NCBI RefSeq assembly: GCF_044704955.1
Contig: NC_091999.1
Span: 9,610,001-9,674,000, forward strand
Reading direction: 5' to 3'
Source: Pristiophorus japonicus
Lineage: Eukaryota
Length of the DNA: 64,000 nucleotides
Below, in pieces: positions 26,066 to 37,628 of this stretch. Each line of letters starts with the position of its first letter. Within the stretch, counting starts at the first letter, position 1. Below the pieces are notes generated by a model, which ran no database searches, was not told where the DNA came from, and saw only the letters and a program-made list of their open reading frames with translations. Both the position numbers and the translations under genes were made by a program.

Positions 26066-26128
26066 TTGGTTCCACTGTTAACTTTGTCCCTTTTCCAAAG
26101 ATAAGCTTACTGTTGCCTATATTATTCA
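26066..26128 (-). CDS. TRAJ: J33 (A) NNIGNSKLIFGKGTKLTVEP
   Basis: RSS CACAGCA-12-ACAAAAACT; donor GTAGGT. Confidence 0.92.
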
Positions 26129-26887
26129 CACAGCATTGCACCCTTTCACAAAAACTCCCTTCAGACTGACTTTAATACATTGCTGCTCTGAGTGGCAGTT
26201 ATGTTTGTATACTTGGAATCACAGAATCCCATTATTGCAAAACTATCTGCGCAAACCATTTTAAATGACCATTGATAATTATTAGGCAAATATGACTATT
26301 TAAAAAAAATTCTGACAACCCATATATAACTCGTTCCTTCTGCTTTAAACAGTTAAGACTTCCATTTATATATCAGTTCAACAGTACTCTATAAATGCTT
26401 CCCTAGCAGTTCTGAAAGTAGAATCCTATCTCAGTATTTCTCTGGGCTATCAACTTGCATTTCATGTTTTAGGTACAGAGTCGGGATCCATCTCACAACT
26501 TTCTAATTCAAAAGGATGGGCTGACAACAATTGAGGAATCCTCTTATTTCTGACAGTTTTCTCTCCCAATTTCAGTCGGTAACCTCATTAATGAAAGTTT
26601 AGGTTATTCTCTTACAGTCTTATGTCTTTACTGTCCTGCATTTAACGCCGATAGCTGGTAATTAGTTTGAACGACAGTTTAAGCATTGTAGACTTTTACA
26701 TTAAAGACTATAATGCTGGCAATAATCCTGAATTATCATATTCATACTCCAATACGAAGCGGCATACATGTTCCAATATTCAGGATTCATTGTATATGTA
26801 GAGTAATGATTTGACACAATGTAGGCAGCAAAGAATACACACACATATAAGTAAATAGACAGTCTATAGTTAATAAAGAATACCTAC

Positions 26888-26950
26888 TTGGTTCCACCGT
26901 TAACTTTGTCCCGTCCCCAAAGGTAAGCTTGGCATTAGACCCAAAGTTCA
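26888..26950 (-). CDS. TRAJ: J34 (A) NFGSNAKLTFGDGTKLTVEP
   Basis: RSS CACAGCA-12-GCAAAAACT; donor GTAGGT. Confidence 0.92.
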
Positions 26951-27988
26951 CACAGCATTGCGGCCTTTAGCAAAAACTCCCTTCAGACTAACTTCACTAC
27001 AATGATGCTCTGTCTGTCATTTATATTTCAATACTTGTAATCACTGATTCCCATTATTATAAAGCTATCTGCTCAAACCATTTTAGATGACCGTTGCTAA
27101 TTATTCGGCACGTATATGACTATTTTTATTGATTGATCCCGTTTATATTCCAAGCATAATTCATTCCTTAAGGCTACCAATTATATATCAGTTCACCAGG
27201 ACTCTCCGAATGCCGCCAAATAGTTCTGAAAGTGGAACACTCTCTCAGTAATTCCCTGGACTATCAACTTTTAAGTATACAGCCGGCTTCCATCTCACAT
27301 CTTTCTAACTCACTAGGTTGAGTTGACAGCAACTGAGGAAAGCTATGATTTCTGATTCTTTTCTTTCCCAATTTCAGTCGGTAACTTCATTAATGGAACC
27401 GTATGTTTTTCTCTCACAATCATGTATCTTTATTGTCCTGTAGTTAACCTCAATAGCTGGTAATTAGTTTCAAGATGATTGTAAGTAGTATTTTATATTA
27501 AAGGCTATAATGCTGGCAATAATCCCGAATTATGATGTACATATTCCAATATCATGCTCGATTTGGATAATCATTGTAAGTTAATAAGGTGCACACTGGC
27601 AGACAATTAACTGCACTGATCAACATCTTGACTCATAATAGCTGAATTACGATATCCCTACTCCAATAGAAGCAGAATGCATTTTCCAATATTCAGCATT
27701 AATTGAACATGTAGAGACATATGTTGATACATTGTAGGCAGTGCAGAGAACGTACATATATATGTAAGTAAATAGACAGTCTATCGTTGTTAATGAATTA
27801 TATGTGTTCATTATATAATGGGAATTCTTCTCACAACTTTCTAACTCAAAGGATGGGTTGCCAGCAACAGAGCAACGTTTTGATTTCTGACTGTTTTCTT
27901 AATTTGATCCATAATTCAATTAATTATTCAACATGCTGCTCTTTTACGTTCGAAGACCTAAAGCAGACTCCTTAAACATCTCACTTAC

Positions 27989-28045
27989 TTGGTATAACAT
28001 GGAGCCTGGTCCCAGAACCAAAGATCAGCTTAGTAGCATCATTCA
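27989..28045 (-). CDS. TRAJ: J35 (B) NDATKLIFGSGTRLHVIP
   Basis: RSS CACAGCC-12-ACTAAAACC; donor GTAAGT. Confidence 0.9.
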
Positions 28046-28729
28046 CACAGCCTGATATGCTCATACTAAAACCATCCCCAGCCAGACATTCCCAATCATT
28101 ACATCACTTGTTATTTCTTAAAGAAACATCCATTCTTTTAGTTAAGTTTTGGAACGTTTATCATTCCCTTTGAATTTGATGGACAAATGGTTAGTCCAAA
28201 TAACCTTTACATAAAATTACATAGAAAAAATTGGCAGCATAGAAACAGGTGTTTCAGCCCAACAGCTCTGTGCTCGTGTTTATACTCCACACGAATCTCC
28301 TCTCTCCCTACTTTGTCTAACCTCTGCATATCCTTCTAATCCTTTCTCCCTCTTAAATGCTTCTATGCTATTTCCATCAACTACTGCATGTGGTAGCAAG
28401 TTGCACATTCTCATCACTCTCTGGGTAAATAGATGTCTCCTGAATTTTCCATTGGATTTATTAGTGACTATCCCATATTGATGACTCCTAGTTTTGGTCT
28501 CCCCCAACTAGTGGAAAGTCTTCTCTACGTCTTCCCTATTAAATCTCCTCATATTGTCAATGACCTCTGTAAGGTCACCCCTCTGCCTTCTCTTGACTAT
28601 AGAAATGATCACCAGTCTGTTCAGTCTTTGCTGTTTGTTATTCTTTACCGTTATTATTTAGTTATTAACAAAACAATGTTTTGATTATGATCATCATAAT
28701 AGAAAAATACAGAATTAAACTTCACTTAC

Positions 28730-28786
28730 TGGGCTGCACCATTAGTTTGGTCCCTGATCCAAATGTTATCTTATCGAGATTATTCA
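28730..28786 (-). CDS. TRAJ: J36 (C) NNLDKITFGSGTKLMVQP
   Basis: RSS CACAGCA-12-GCAGAAACA; donor GTAAGT. Confidence 0.88.
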
Positions 28787-29087
28787 CACAGCATTGCCTG
28801 CCAGTGCAGAAACACTGTACCTGATTCCAAGCATAGGAACTATGTACAAGATCAAATGTATGCTATTTTTATGTATTATCAATATTCCAGGTTAAAATAT
28901 TAACAAGTGCCCAACCTTGCATCACGTGTGATAGCTGAATTATCGTATCCCGACTCTGATAAGAAGAGATGTAAATGTTCCAATATTCCGGATTAATTGA
29001 AAATATAGAAACATTATTTGACACAGTGCAGAGCACATCCACATGTATATGTAAATAGACAGTCTATAGTTGTTAATGAATACCTAC

Positions 29088-29150
29088 TTGGTTCCACAGT
29101 TAACTTTGTCCCTTTTCCAAAGATCAGCTTATAGCTAGATCCAGTATTCA
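29088..29150 (-). CDS. TRAJ: J37 (A) NTGSSYKLIFGKGTKLTVEP
   Basis: RSS CACAGCA-12-GCAAAAACC; donor GTAGGT. Confidence 0.92.
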
Positions 29151-30188
29151 CACAGCATTGCATCCTTTTGCAAAAACCTCCTTCAGTCTAACTTTAGTAC
29201 ACTATGGTTCTTTCTCGCAATTATATTTGAATACTTTATATCACACAATCCTATTATTGTGAAAGTATCTGTAAAAATCATTTCATATGACCATTGATAT
29301 TAATCAGGCACACATGATATTTTGATTTGGTCTGTTCATAGTCCAAGTATAACTTATTTCTAGTTCCTTAAAAATGCCTCGCTACCATTTATACATCAGT
29401 TCAACAAAATTCTCCAAATGCTTCCCAAGTAGTTCTGTAAGAAGGCCCCTCTCTCAGTACTTCTCTAGGATATCAACGTGCAGTACAAGTTTTAGATATA
29501 GATCCATCGATCTAACTCAATAGGACTAGCCGCCAGTGACTGAGCAAAATTAAGATTTCTGTCACTTTTCTCTGCCAATTTCAGTCGGTTGGTTCATTAA
29601 TGAAGATTAGATTGTTCTATTACAGTCCTGGGTCCTGATTGTCCTGCAGTTAACCTCAATATCTGGTAAGATGATTGTAAGAATTGTAGTCTTTTATATT
29701 AAAGGCTGTAATCTGGAAATAATCTTGAATTATGCTGTAAATACTGCAATATCATGTTCAATTTGGATAATCATTGTAAGTTAATAAGGTGCACAATGGG
29801 ACAATTAACTGTACTGATCAACATCTTCACTCATAATATCTGAAGTATGATATCCCTACTCTAATAAGAAGCAGAATACATTTTCCAATATTCAGGATTA
29901 ATTGAACATATAGAGAAATGTGTTGATACATTGTAGGCAGGGCCGGGAACGTACACATATATGTAAATAAATAGACAGTCTATCGTTGTTAATTAATTAT
30001 ATGTTTTAGTTATAGAAAGGGAATTCTTTGCAGAAATTTCTAACTCAAAGGATGGGTTGCCAGCAACAGGGCAACGTTTTGATTTCTGACTGTTTTCTTA
30101 ATTTGATCCATATTTCAATTAATTTGTCGACATGCTCCTCTTTTATGTTCGAACTCATAAGGCAGGCATCCTTAAACATCTCACTTAC

Positions 30189-30245
30189 TTGGTATGACAT
30201 GGAGCCTGGTCCCAGGTCCAAAGATCAGTTTATCACCAACATTCA
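30189..30245 (-). CDS. TRAJ: J38 (B) NVGDKLIFGPGTRLHVIP
   Basis: RSS CACAGCC-12-ACTAAAACT; donor GTAAGT. Confidence 0.9.
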
Positions 30246-30936
30246 CACAGCCTGATATGCGAACACTAAAACTATCCCCAGCCAGACGATCCCCAAATAT
30301 TACATCACTTGTTATTTCTTAAAGAAACATCCGTTTTTTTAGTTAAGCTTTGGAACGTTTATCATTCCATTTGAGTTTATGATGGACAAACGGTTAGTCC
30401 AAATAACGTTTAATAAAATTATATAGAATGTTACAGAAACAGGCATTTCAGCCCAACAGCTCTGTGCCCGTGTTTATGCTACACAAGAGCCTCCTCTCTG
30501 CCTACTTTATCTAACCTTCTCTACATATCCTTATAATCCTTTCTCCCTCATGTGCTGATCTTAAATGCATCTATGCTATTCCCATCAAGTATTCCATGTA
30601 GAGCGAGCTTCACATTCACACAACTCTTTGGGTAAATAATCTACTCCCGAGTTCTCTATTGGATTTATAATTGACTCTGTCATAATGATGACCACGAGTT
30701 TTAGTCTCTCCCACTAGTGGAAAGATCTCTTCTACATTTTCCATGTCAAATTCCTTCATGCCGTTAGTGACCTCAATAAGGTCAGCCCTCTGCCTTCTCT
30801 TGAGTAGAGAAATGATCCCCAGTCTGTTCAGTCTTTGCTGTTCGTTATTATTTACCTTTATTATTTACTTATTAACAAAACAATGTTTTGACTATGATCA
30901 TCAGAATAGAAAAATACTGAATTAAACTTCACTTAC

Positions 30937-30993
30937 TGGGCTGCACCATTAGTTTGGTCCCCGATCCAAATATTAGCTTATCGAGATTATTCA
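30937..30993 (-). CDS. TRAJ: J39 (C) NNLDKLIFGSGTKLMVQP
   Basis: RSS CACAGCA-12-ACATAAACC; donor GTAAGT. Confidence 0.9.
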
Positions 30994-31309
30994 CACAGCA
31001 TTGCATGCCAGTACATAAACCCTTTATCTTGTGCCAAGCATATAAACTGTGTATGATTCAACTGTATGTTATATTTATACATTATCAATTACCAGGTTAA
31101 AATATTAACACTTGCCGAGTCTTGCATTACTCCCGTATCAGGTTTGATATCTGTATTATCAGATACATACTCCAATAAGAAGTGGCATAAATGTTTCAAT
31201 ATTCAGGATTAATTGTACATATAGAGAAATGATTTGACACATTCAGTGCAGAAAACACAAACATGTATATAAGTAAATAGACAGTCTATAGTTATAAATA
31301 AATACCTAC

Positions 31310-31372
31310 TTGGTTCCACAGTTAACTTCGTCCCTTTCCCAAAGATAAGCTTGTTGGCACCTTGAGCATACA
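31310..31372 (-). CDS. TRAJ: J40 (A) YAQGANKLIFGKGTKLTVEP
   Basis: RSS CACAGCA-12-GCAAAAACC; donor GTAGGT. Confidence 0.92.
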
Positions 31373-31785
31373 CACAGCATTGCACCCTTATGCAAAAACC
31401 CCTTTCAGACTAAGTTGGTACATTAGTGTTCTTTCTGGCATTTATGTTTGAATACTTAGTATCAATCAATACCATAATTGTTATACTATCTGTGCAAACC
31501 ATGTTAAATGACCATTGATAATTATTAGGCAAGCTTATGATTTCTTTAAATTTTTCCGCTTATAACCCAAGCATAATTCATTCTTTAAGCATTATAGACT
31601 TTTATATTGAAGATTTAAATGCTGGAAGTAAAGCTGAATTGCTTTAAGAAGCGGCATAAATGTTCCAATATTCAGCATTAATTAAACATTTGGAGAAATG
31701 GTTTGATACATTGTAGGCAGTGCAGAAAATATACACATATCTATGTAAGTAAATAGACAGTCTATAGTTAATAATGAAGACCTAC

Positions 31786-31848
31786 TTGGCACCACAGTTA
31801 ACTTTGTCCCTTTTCCAAAGATAAGCTTGGTGTTACCTCCACGGTTCA
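31786..31848 (-). CDS. TRAJ: J41 (A) NRGGNTKLIFGKGTKLTVVP
   Basis: RSS CACAGCA-12-GCAAAAGCT; donor GTAGGT. Confidence 0.9.
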
Positions 31849-33179
31849 CACAGCATTGCGCCCTTTAGCAAAAGCTCCCTTCAGACGAACTTTAATATAT
31901 TGTTGCTCTGAGAGGCAGTTATATTTGAATATTTTCAACAGTGAATCCCATTATTGTGAAACTATCGGTGCAAACCATTCTAAATGACCATTTGATAATT
32001 ATTGGGCACATATATGACTATTTAAAAAAGAATGTTCTGTTTATCAACCAACCATGACTTATTCCTTGTGCAATAAAAAGCTAAGGCTACCGTTTATTGA
32101 TCAGTTCACCAGCACTCTCTGTATGTTTCCCAAGTTGTCCTGAAAGTGGAACACTACCTCAGTCCTTCGCTGGGCTAACTTGTATTATATGTTTTAAGTA
32201 TAGAGCGAGGATCCATCTCACGACAGGATGGGATGCCAGCAACTGAGCCAATCTAGGATTTCTGATGTTTTCTCTCCGAACTTCAGTCGGTTACTTCATT
32301 AATTAAACCTTAGGTTATTCTATGTCAGTGACATTTCTTTATTTTCCAACAGTTTAAGTCATTAGCTGCGAATTAGTTTCCAGATTTTTGGCAGAATTAT
32401 ATTATTTAATATAATTGCCATATTATATTAAGGACTATGCTGACAGTAATCTGGTAACAGTTGTAATTTTCTAAAATAAATGTACAAACAAATAAGAATA
32501 ATAATTAGGCATTGACATATTTTGCATCTGTAAATGAGAGTAAGATTTGAAGTGATTCTAAAATTAGATGAATATCAAAGGCACTTTCAGTTGTAAAATG
32601 ATCAATTTGAGGCCATAACACGTGGCCACTTTCTTACAGGCCAATTACTTTATTATTTCTTCCTGATCGTTAGCAGATAAGGTAAACTAATGGTGACAAC
32701 ATTTTAATGACAATTAATAACACTGTTAAACGTCTGCTACCAGCGTTGAATTGCTACAAATTGTTCACTCTCAGTTCAAGAAAACAGAACTATAACAAAT
32801 TTCAAGTCCATTTTCAATTCATACAGATTATATGAGGGCCTGAAGAATGTATTTCATGGAAGATTAAGAGCAATGAAAACGATTACAATAGCATTCAGCC
32901 CATCAGCTTACATCTTCATCGAAGATTTGAAATGTCATTTAGAAACTTGTAAGGTCTTATCTTAGTACTAACTAACACCCCGCATTTTGTGGAGCGTCAG
33001 ACATGGGTCCAAAGTGATGCCTTTTGTTTCAAGAAAGTCAATATTAATTGTGCTAAATATCAGTTTATTTTGAAGATGACGAATTATATGTGGGAAGATT
33101 AACGAAGAGATTTAACGTGATTTATTTTACAGACAGTCTATTGGAGAGAAAAAAAAAACAAGGAGCTGTAAATCAACTT

Positions 33180-33418
33180 TAGCCAGAGAGTGGTGAGAAT
33201 GTGGATCTCGCTACCACAGGGAGTAGCTGAGGCGAATAGTGTAGATGCATTTAAGGTGAAGCGAGTTGGGCATACGAGAGAGAAAGGAATAGAGGATTAT
33301 GCTGATAGATTTAGATGAGGAAGGATGGGACAAGGTTCGAGTGGAGCATAAGTACCGGCATGGACAGTTTGGGCCGTATGGCCTCTTTCTGTGCTGTATA
33401 TTCTATGTAATTCTACGT
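33180..33418 (+). mobile_element. CR1-related 3' fragment inserted against the J42 splice donor
   Basis: CAGAGAGTGGTGAGAATGTGG core with ATTCTATGTAATTCTACG tail; flanked by AACTT on both sides; absent at paralogs J47 and J57. Confidence 0.75.
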
Positions 33419-33425
33419 AACTTAC

Positions 33426-33485
33426 TGGTTTGAACTCTGAGCTTTGTTCCAGCACCAAATATCACCTTGTAGGAGTCAGCACTCA
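33426..33485 (-). CDS. TRAJ: J42 SADSYKVIFGAGTKLRVQT
   Basis: RSS CACACCA-12-ACATAATCC (weak); donor GTAAGT. Confidence 0.85.
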
Positions 33486-33730
33486 CACACCATTATACCT
33501 CTCAACATAATCCTTTCCTGAACAATGATACCCCTCCCTCACACATTCCCGATACAAATTAAGGCCACCCATTATGTTTCTTGAAGTAGATTATTTCCAA
33601 ATTATATAATCATAGTGCTGTGGGAAAATTACATAAATATGAATTTAATCCATATTTCAGTTCATTTGATGGCACACTTCTTTTGTATGCTCTAACACCT
33701 AAAACAGACATCCTTAAGCATCTCACTTAC

Positions 33731-33787
33731 TCGGTATAACCTGGAGCCTGGTCCCAGATCCAAAGATCAGTTTCTCAGCAGCATTCA
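33731..33787 (-). CDS. TRAJ: J43 (B) NAAEKLIFGSGTRLQVIP
   Basis: RSS CACAGCC-12-ACTAAAACC; donor GTAAGT. Confidence 0.9.
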
Positions 33788-34484
33788 CACAGCCTGATAG
33801 GCTAATACTAAAACCTTCACCAGCCAGACAATACATCACTTGTTATTTCTTAAAGAGCCACTCGTTTATTGAATTATCTTTTGGAACATTTGCACTTGCC
33901 GTTAAATTTATGATGTGGAAACAGTTAATATCTTCCACACCAAATAACATTTACCTAGAATTACATTAAACTTACAACACAGAAACAGGCGATTTGGCCC
34001 AACTAGTCTATGCCCGTGTTTATTCTCCAAACGAGCCTCCTCCCTCCCTATTTCATCTAACCCTCTCTAATCCCTTACTGATCGTGTACTGATCTACCTT
34101 CCCCTTAAATGCTTCTATGCTATTCTCATCAACTACTAATGTGCTAGCGAGTTCCACATTCTAACCATTCTCTGGGTAAATACATTTATCCTGAATTCCC
34201 TATTGGATTTATTAGTGACTATCTCATATTGGAGACCCCTAGTTCTGGTCTCCCCTGCAAGTTGAAGCACCTTCTCTCCGTCTACCCTGTGAAACCACTT
34301 CATTATTTTAAAGACTTCTATGAGGTCACCTCCCAGCCTTCTATGTTCTAGATAAATAATGAAATGATTTCACCATATTCAGTCCTTCCTGATGGTTAAT
34401 TTAGCGAACTAACAAAACTTATGAAAAAACAATGGTTTGACTATGATCATCATGACAAAAAGTACAGAATTAATCTTCACTTCC

Positions 34485-34541
34485 TAGGATGCACGATCAG
34501 TTTTGTCCCAGATCCAAATATTAGCTTATTGACATTATTCA
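34485..34541 (-). pseudogene. TRAJ: J44 (C) NNVNKLIFGSGTKLIVHP, splice donor lost
   Basis: Donor reads GGAAGT instead of GTAAGT; RSS CACAGCA-12-GCATAAACC intact. Confidence 0.8.
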
Positions 34542-34870
34542 CACAGCATTGCAAGCCATTGCATAAACCCTTCACCTGACGCCAAGCATATATACTATGT
34601 ACGAATTCAACTGTATGCTATAGTTATAGATGATCAATATTCCAAGTTAAAATATTAAGAAGTGCCTAATATTGCATTATTCCCAGCTTATTTAAATCAA
34701 TATAGTTTCAGTCGGTCTCACACTTTAACAGAATGTAAAACTGTAGCTAACTTTGGCTAGATCTCCTTGGTGTCCATTTGGCCATCTGCACATTAATTTG
34801 ACCAAAATTTATAATTTTCTTGCAAACTAAGTTACACAGTTATTTTGAGCTATTATGATTGAGTTCTTAC

Positions 34871-34933
34871 CAGGATTAACATTGAGCTTGGTGCCACCTC
34901 CAAATAATATTTTACCATATCCTGCAGAATCCA
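34871..34933 (-). CDS. TRAJ: J45 (single-copy type) DSAGYGKILFGGGTKLNVNP
   Basis: RSS CACAATA-12-ACAAGAACT (weak); donor GTAAGA. Confidence 0.82.
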
Positions 34934-35209
34934 CACAATAATTTATCCCGTCACAAGAACTCTGGACAGTGCTGGTTCCCCATGTACCACTCTTACAGAG
35001 GGAATATGTTTTAATTTATATGAAAGACTATAATGCTGGCAATAATCCTGAATTATGATATCCATACTCCAATAAGTAGCGGCATAAATGTTCCAATATT
35101 GAGGATTAATTAAACATTTAAATAAATGATTTGACAGCACAGGCAGTACTGAGAACATACATATATATATCAGTAGATAGACAATCTGTACTTATTAATG
35201 AATACCTAC

Positions 35210-35272
35210 TTGGGTCCACAGTTAACTTCGTCCCTTTTCCAAAGATAAGCTTTTCGTTACCTCCAAGGTTCA
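35210..35272 (-). CDS. TRAJ: J46 (A) NLGGNEKLIFGKGTKLTVDP
   Basis: RSS CACAGTG-12-GCAAAAACT; donor GTAGGT. Confidence 0.92.
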
Positions 35273-36611
35273 CACAGTGTAGAGCCTTTGAGCAAAAACT
35301 CCCTTCAGACTAATTTTAGTACATTGCTGCTACATCTGACAGATATATTTGTATACTTGGTTTCACCCAATCCCCTTATTGTGAAGTCAGCTGTGCAAAC
35401 CATTTTAAATGACAATCGATAATCATTAGGCACATACGTGACTAGTTTAAATAAATTATTCTCTTCATAATCCAAGCATAACTCATTCCTTGTACATTGA
35501 AATATTAAGGCTACTATTTATATATCAGTTCACCAGAATTCCCCCAAATGCTCCCCAATTAGCTCTGTAAGTGGAACTCCGTACTTCTCCGGACTATCAA
35601 CTTACATTTCATGTATTATGGGGACCCATCTCACAACATTCGAACGCACAGGATGGGCTGACAACAACTTAGCTACGATTTCCAACACTTTTCCCTCCAA
35701 ATTTCAGTCGGCTGCTCATTAATGAAACCATAGACTGTCCTGTTGCAATCATATATCTTTATTGCCATGTAGTTATCCTTAGTAGCTGGTTTCCGTATTA
35801 TTCTCACCATTATAGTATTTAATATAACTGACATATTGAATGAAAGACTACAATGTTGACAATAATCTGGTAGCATTTGGAACTTTCTAAATGAAATGGT
35901 ACAACTCAGTAATACAAATAGTTAGACATTGCCATATTTGTTCATCGGTAAATGAGAGTAATATTTGATCAAACTTCAAGTCTCAATAAGGTGAACATCG
36001 AAGGCACTCACTGAACTAAAGTTGAGACCATATTCTGCGGTCAGTTTCTAATGGGTCAATTAATTTATAATTTCTTCCTGATCATTAGCAGACGAGGCAA
36101 ACTAGTGTTGACAAGTTGTTAATGAAAAATAAACACATTCACCACCCTAAATTTTTGCTACCACCGTTTAGTTTCTATACATTGGATACTATCTCTAAAC
36201 TACTCAACATAGTAAAAATATACACTAATTCCAACTCCCTTTTAAATTGATACAGATTATACAACTGCCACACAGAAAGTGTTTAATGTAAAACTAAGAG
36301 CAATGGAAACGACTTCAATGGCACTCAGCCCATCAGCTTACTCCTTCATCCAGCTCTAGTTTTAAGTGCCTTTCAGAAACTTGTAAAGTCGTATCTCAGT
36401 ACTAACTAACACCCTGCATTCTTTGAAGAGACAGAGATAGGTTCAAACTGGTGGCGATTGTTTCAGGATTGTCAGCATCAATTGTGCTAAACATCAGTTT
36501 ATATTGAAGATGACTAATTTTATGCGAGAAGACTATTAAAGAGATTTAACGTGATTTATATTACAGCTAGTCTATTAGAGAGAAATAGCATGGAGTTATC
36601 GAACAACTTAC

Positions 36612-36671
36612 TGGGTTGAACTGTGAGCTTTGTTCCAGCTCCAAATATCATCTTGTTGCTGTTAGCATTCA
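36612..36671 (-). CDS. TRAJ: J47 NANSNKMIFGAGTKLTVQP
   Basis: RSS CACACCA-12-ACAAAAATC; donor GTAAGT. Confidence 0.9.
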
Positions 36672-36925
36672 CACACCATTAAACCCCACAACAAAAATCC
36701 CTTCCTGAACAATGATTCAACTCCCTCACACATTTTTGCAAAAAATTATCGACATATCATTCACATTGCTGATGGAGGTCAGTTCCAAAGTACATAATCA
36801 TAGGGGTATGAGCCAAACCATCTAAAAAAGCATTTGATTCATATTTACAGTCATTCAAGAGAAGCCGTGCTTCTTTTTTTTCTGTTCTAACACATAAGAC
36901 ACACACCCTGAAAAATCCCACTTAC

Positions 36926-36982
36926 TTGGTATAACTTGGAGCCTGGTCCCAGATCCAAAGATCACCTTACCAGCAAAGTTCA
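36926..36982 (-). CDS. TRAJ: J48 (B) NFAGKVIFGSGTRLQVIP
   Basis: RSS CACAGCA-12-ACTAAAACC; donor GTAAGT. Confidence 0.9.
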
Positions 36983-37283
36983 CACAGCATGATAGGCTAA
37001 TACTAAAACCTTTCCCAGTCAGACATTGCATCATTAGTTATTTCGTAAATTACTGCACTACACGAAATAAGGATAAGTTACTGGACTAAGTATCATCAAA
37101 TCCGATTAATTCAAATGAGGTTTCATGAGAAAACAACGTTTAAAACAACATTAATCTGCTGGGAGCCGAGTTCAGCGGTCATCTTTAACGCCTGACATGA
37201 ATATACCCCGCTCTCAGAAAATATAAAATCCTCAGAAATCTTCGAATTGTAAAAATTAGTTAAATGTAAAAATTAGCATTTAT

Positions 37284-37328
37284 TAAGAATTACTATGTGT
37301 TTCGTACTCTTTCAGACATTGGCTTTTA
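37284..37328 (-). pseudogene. Highly decayed J relic (copy 1)
   Basis: CACAGCA followed by a GGAAAACT nonamer-like motif; recognisable mainly through paralog 44573-44618. Confidence 0.45.
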
Positions 37329-37565
37329 CACAGCATTGGTCCTTCAGGAAAACTTAAGAAAGTAGTCCTAACTTAACGACAGTATAACTCTTGTTTGCCA
37401 ATATGACTTGCTTCCTTTTGGTTACTCCTTGCTCAGACCTAGTCAGTGTTTTGCAAAAATGTTCCAAATTGCTCAATAATCATCAATTCATTTCATTTGC
37501 CTGATTGAAGACCATCCTAAAGTTATGGGCTGTAACCCCATTATAATACAGCTTGTGATACTTAC

Positions 37566-37628
37566 TAGGTTCCACAGTTAACTTTGTTCCGCTTCCAAAA
37601 GTAAGTTTTCTGGCTCCAGCTTGACCCA
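37566..37628 (-). CDS. TRAJ: J49 GQAGARKLTFGSGTKLTVEP
   Basis: RSS CACAGTG-12-ACACAAAGT; donor GTAAGT. Confidence 0.9.

Larger units (their letters stand above)
6600..36000. repeat. Tandem multi-J cassettes of about 2-3 kb (A, A, B, C order with variants)
   Basis: Repeating J order and shared spacers, e.g. J17-20, J21-24, J25-28, J29-32. Confidence 0.9.

Noticed and set aside
32960-33030. J-like TTTGGACCC motif on the minus strand (also near 36440 and 43735)
   Set aside because: No RSS, second glycine or donor at J spacing.
1-36000. CRISPR-like conserved/variable periodicity
   Set aside because: Eukaryotic context, kb-scale period and no cas genes; the pattern is explained by J/RSS cassettes.
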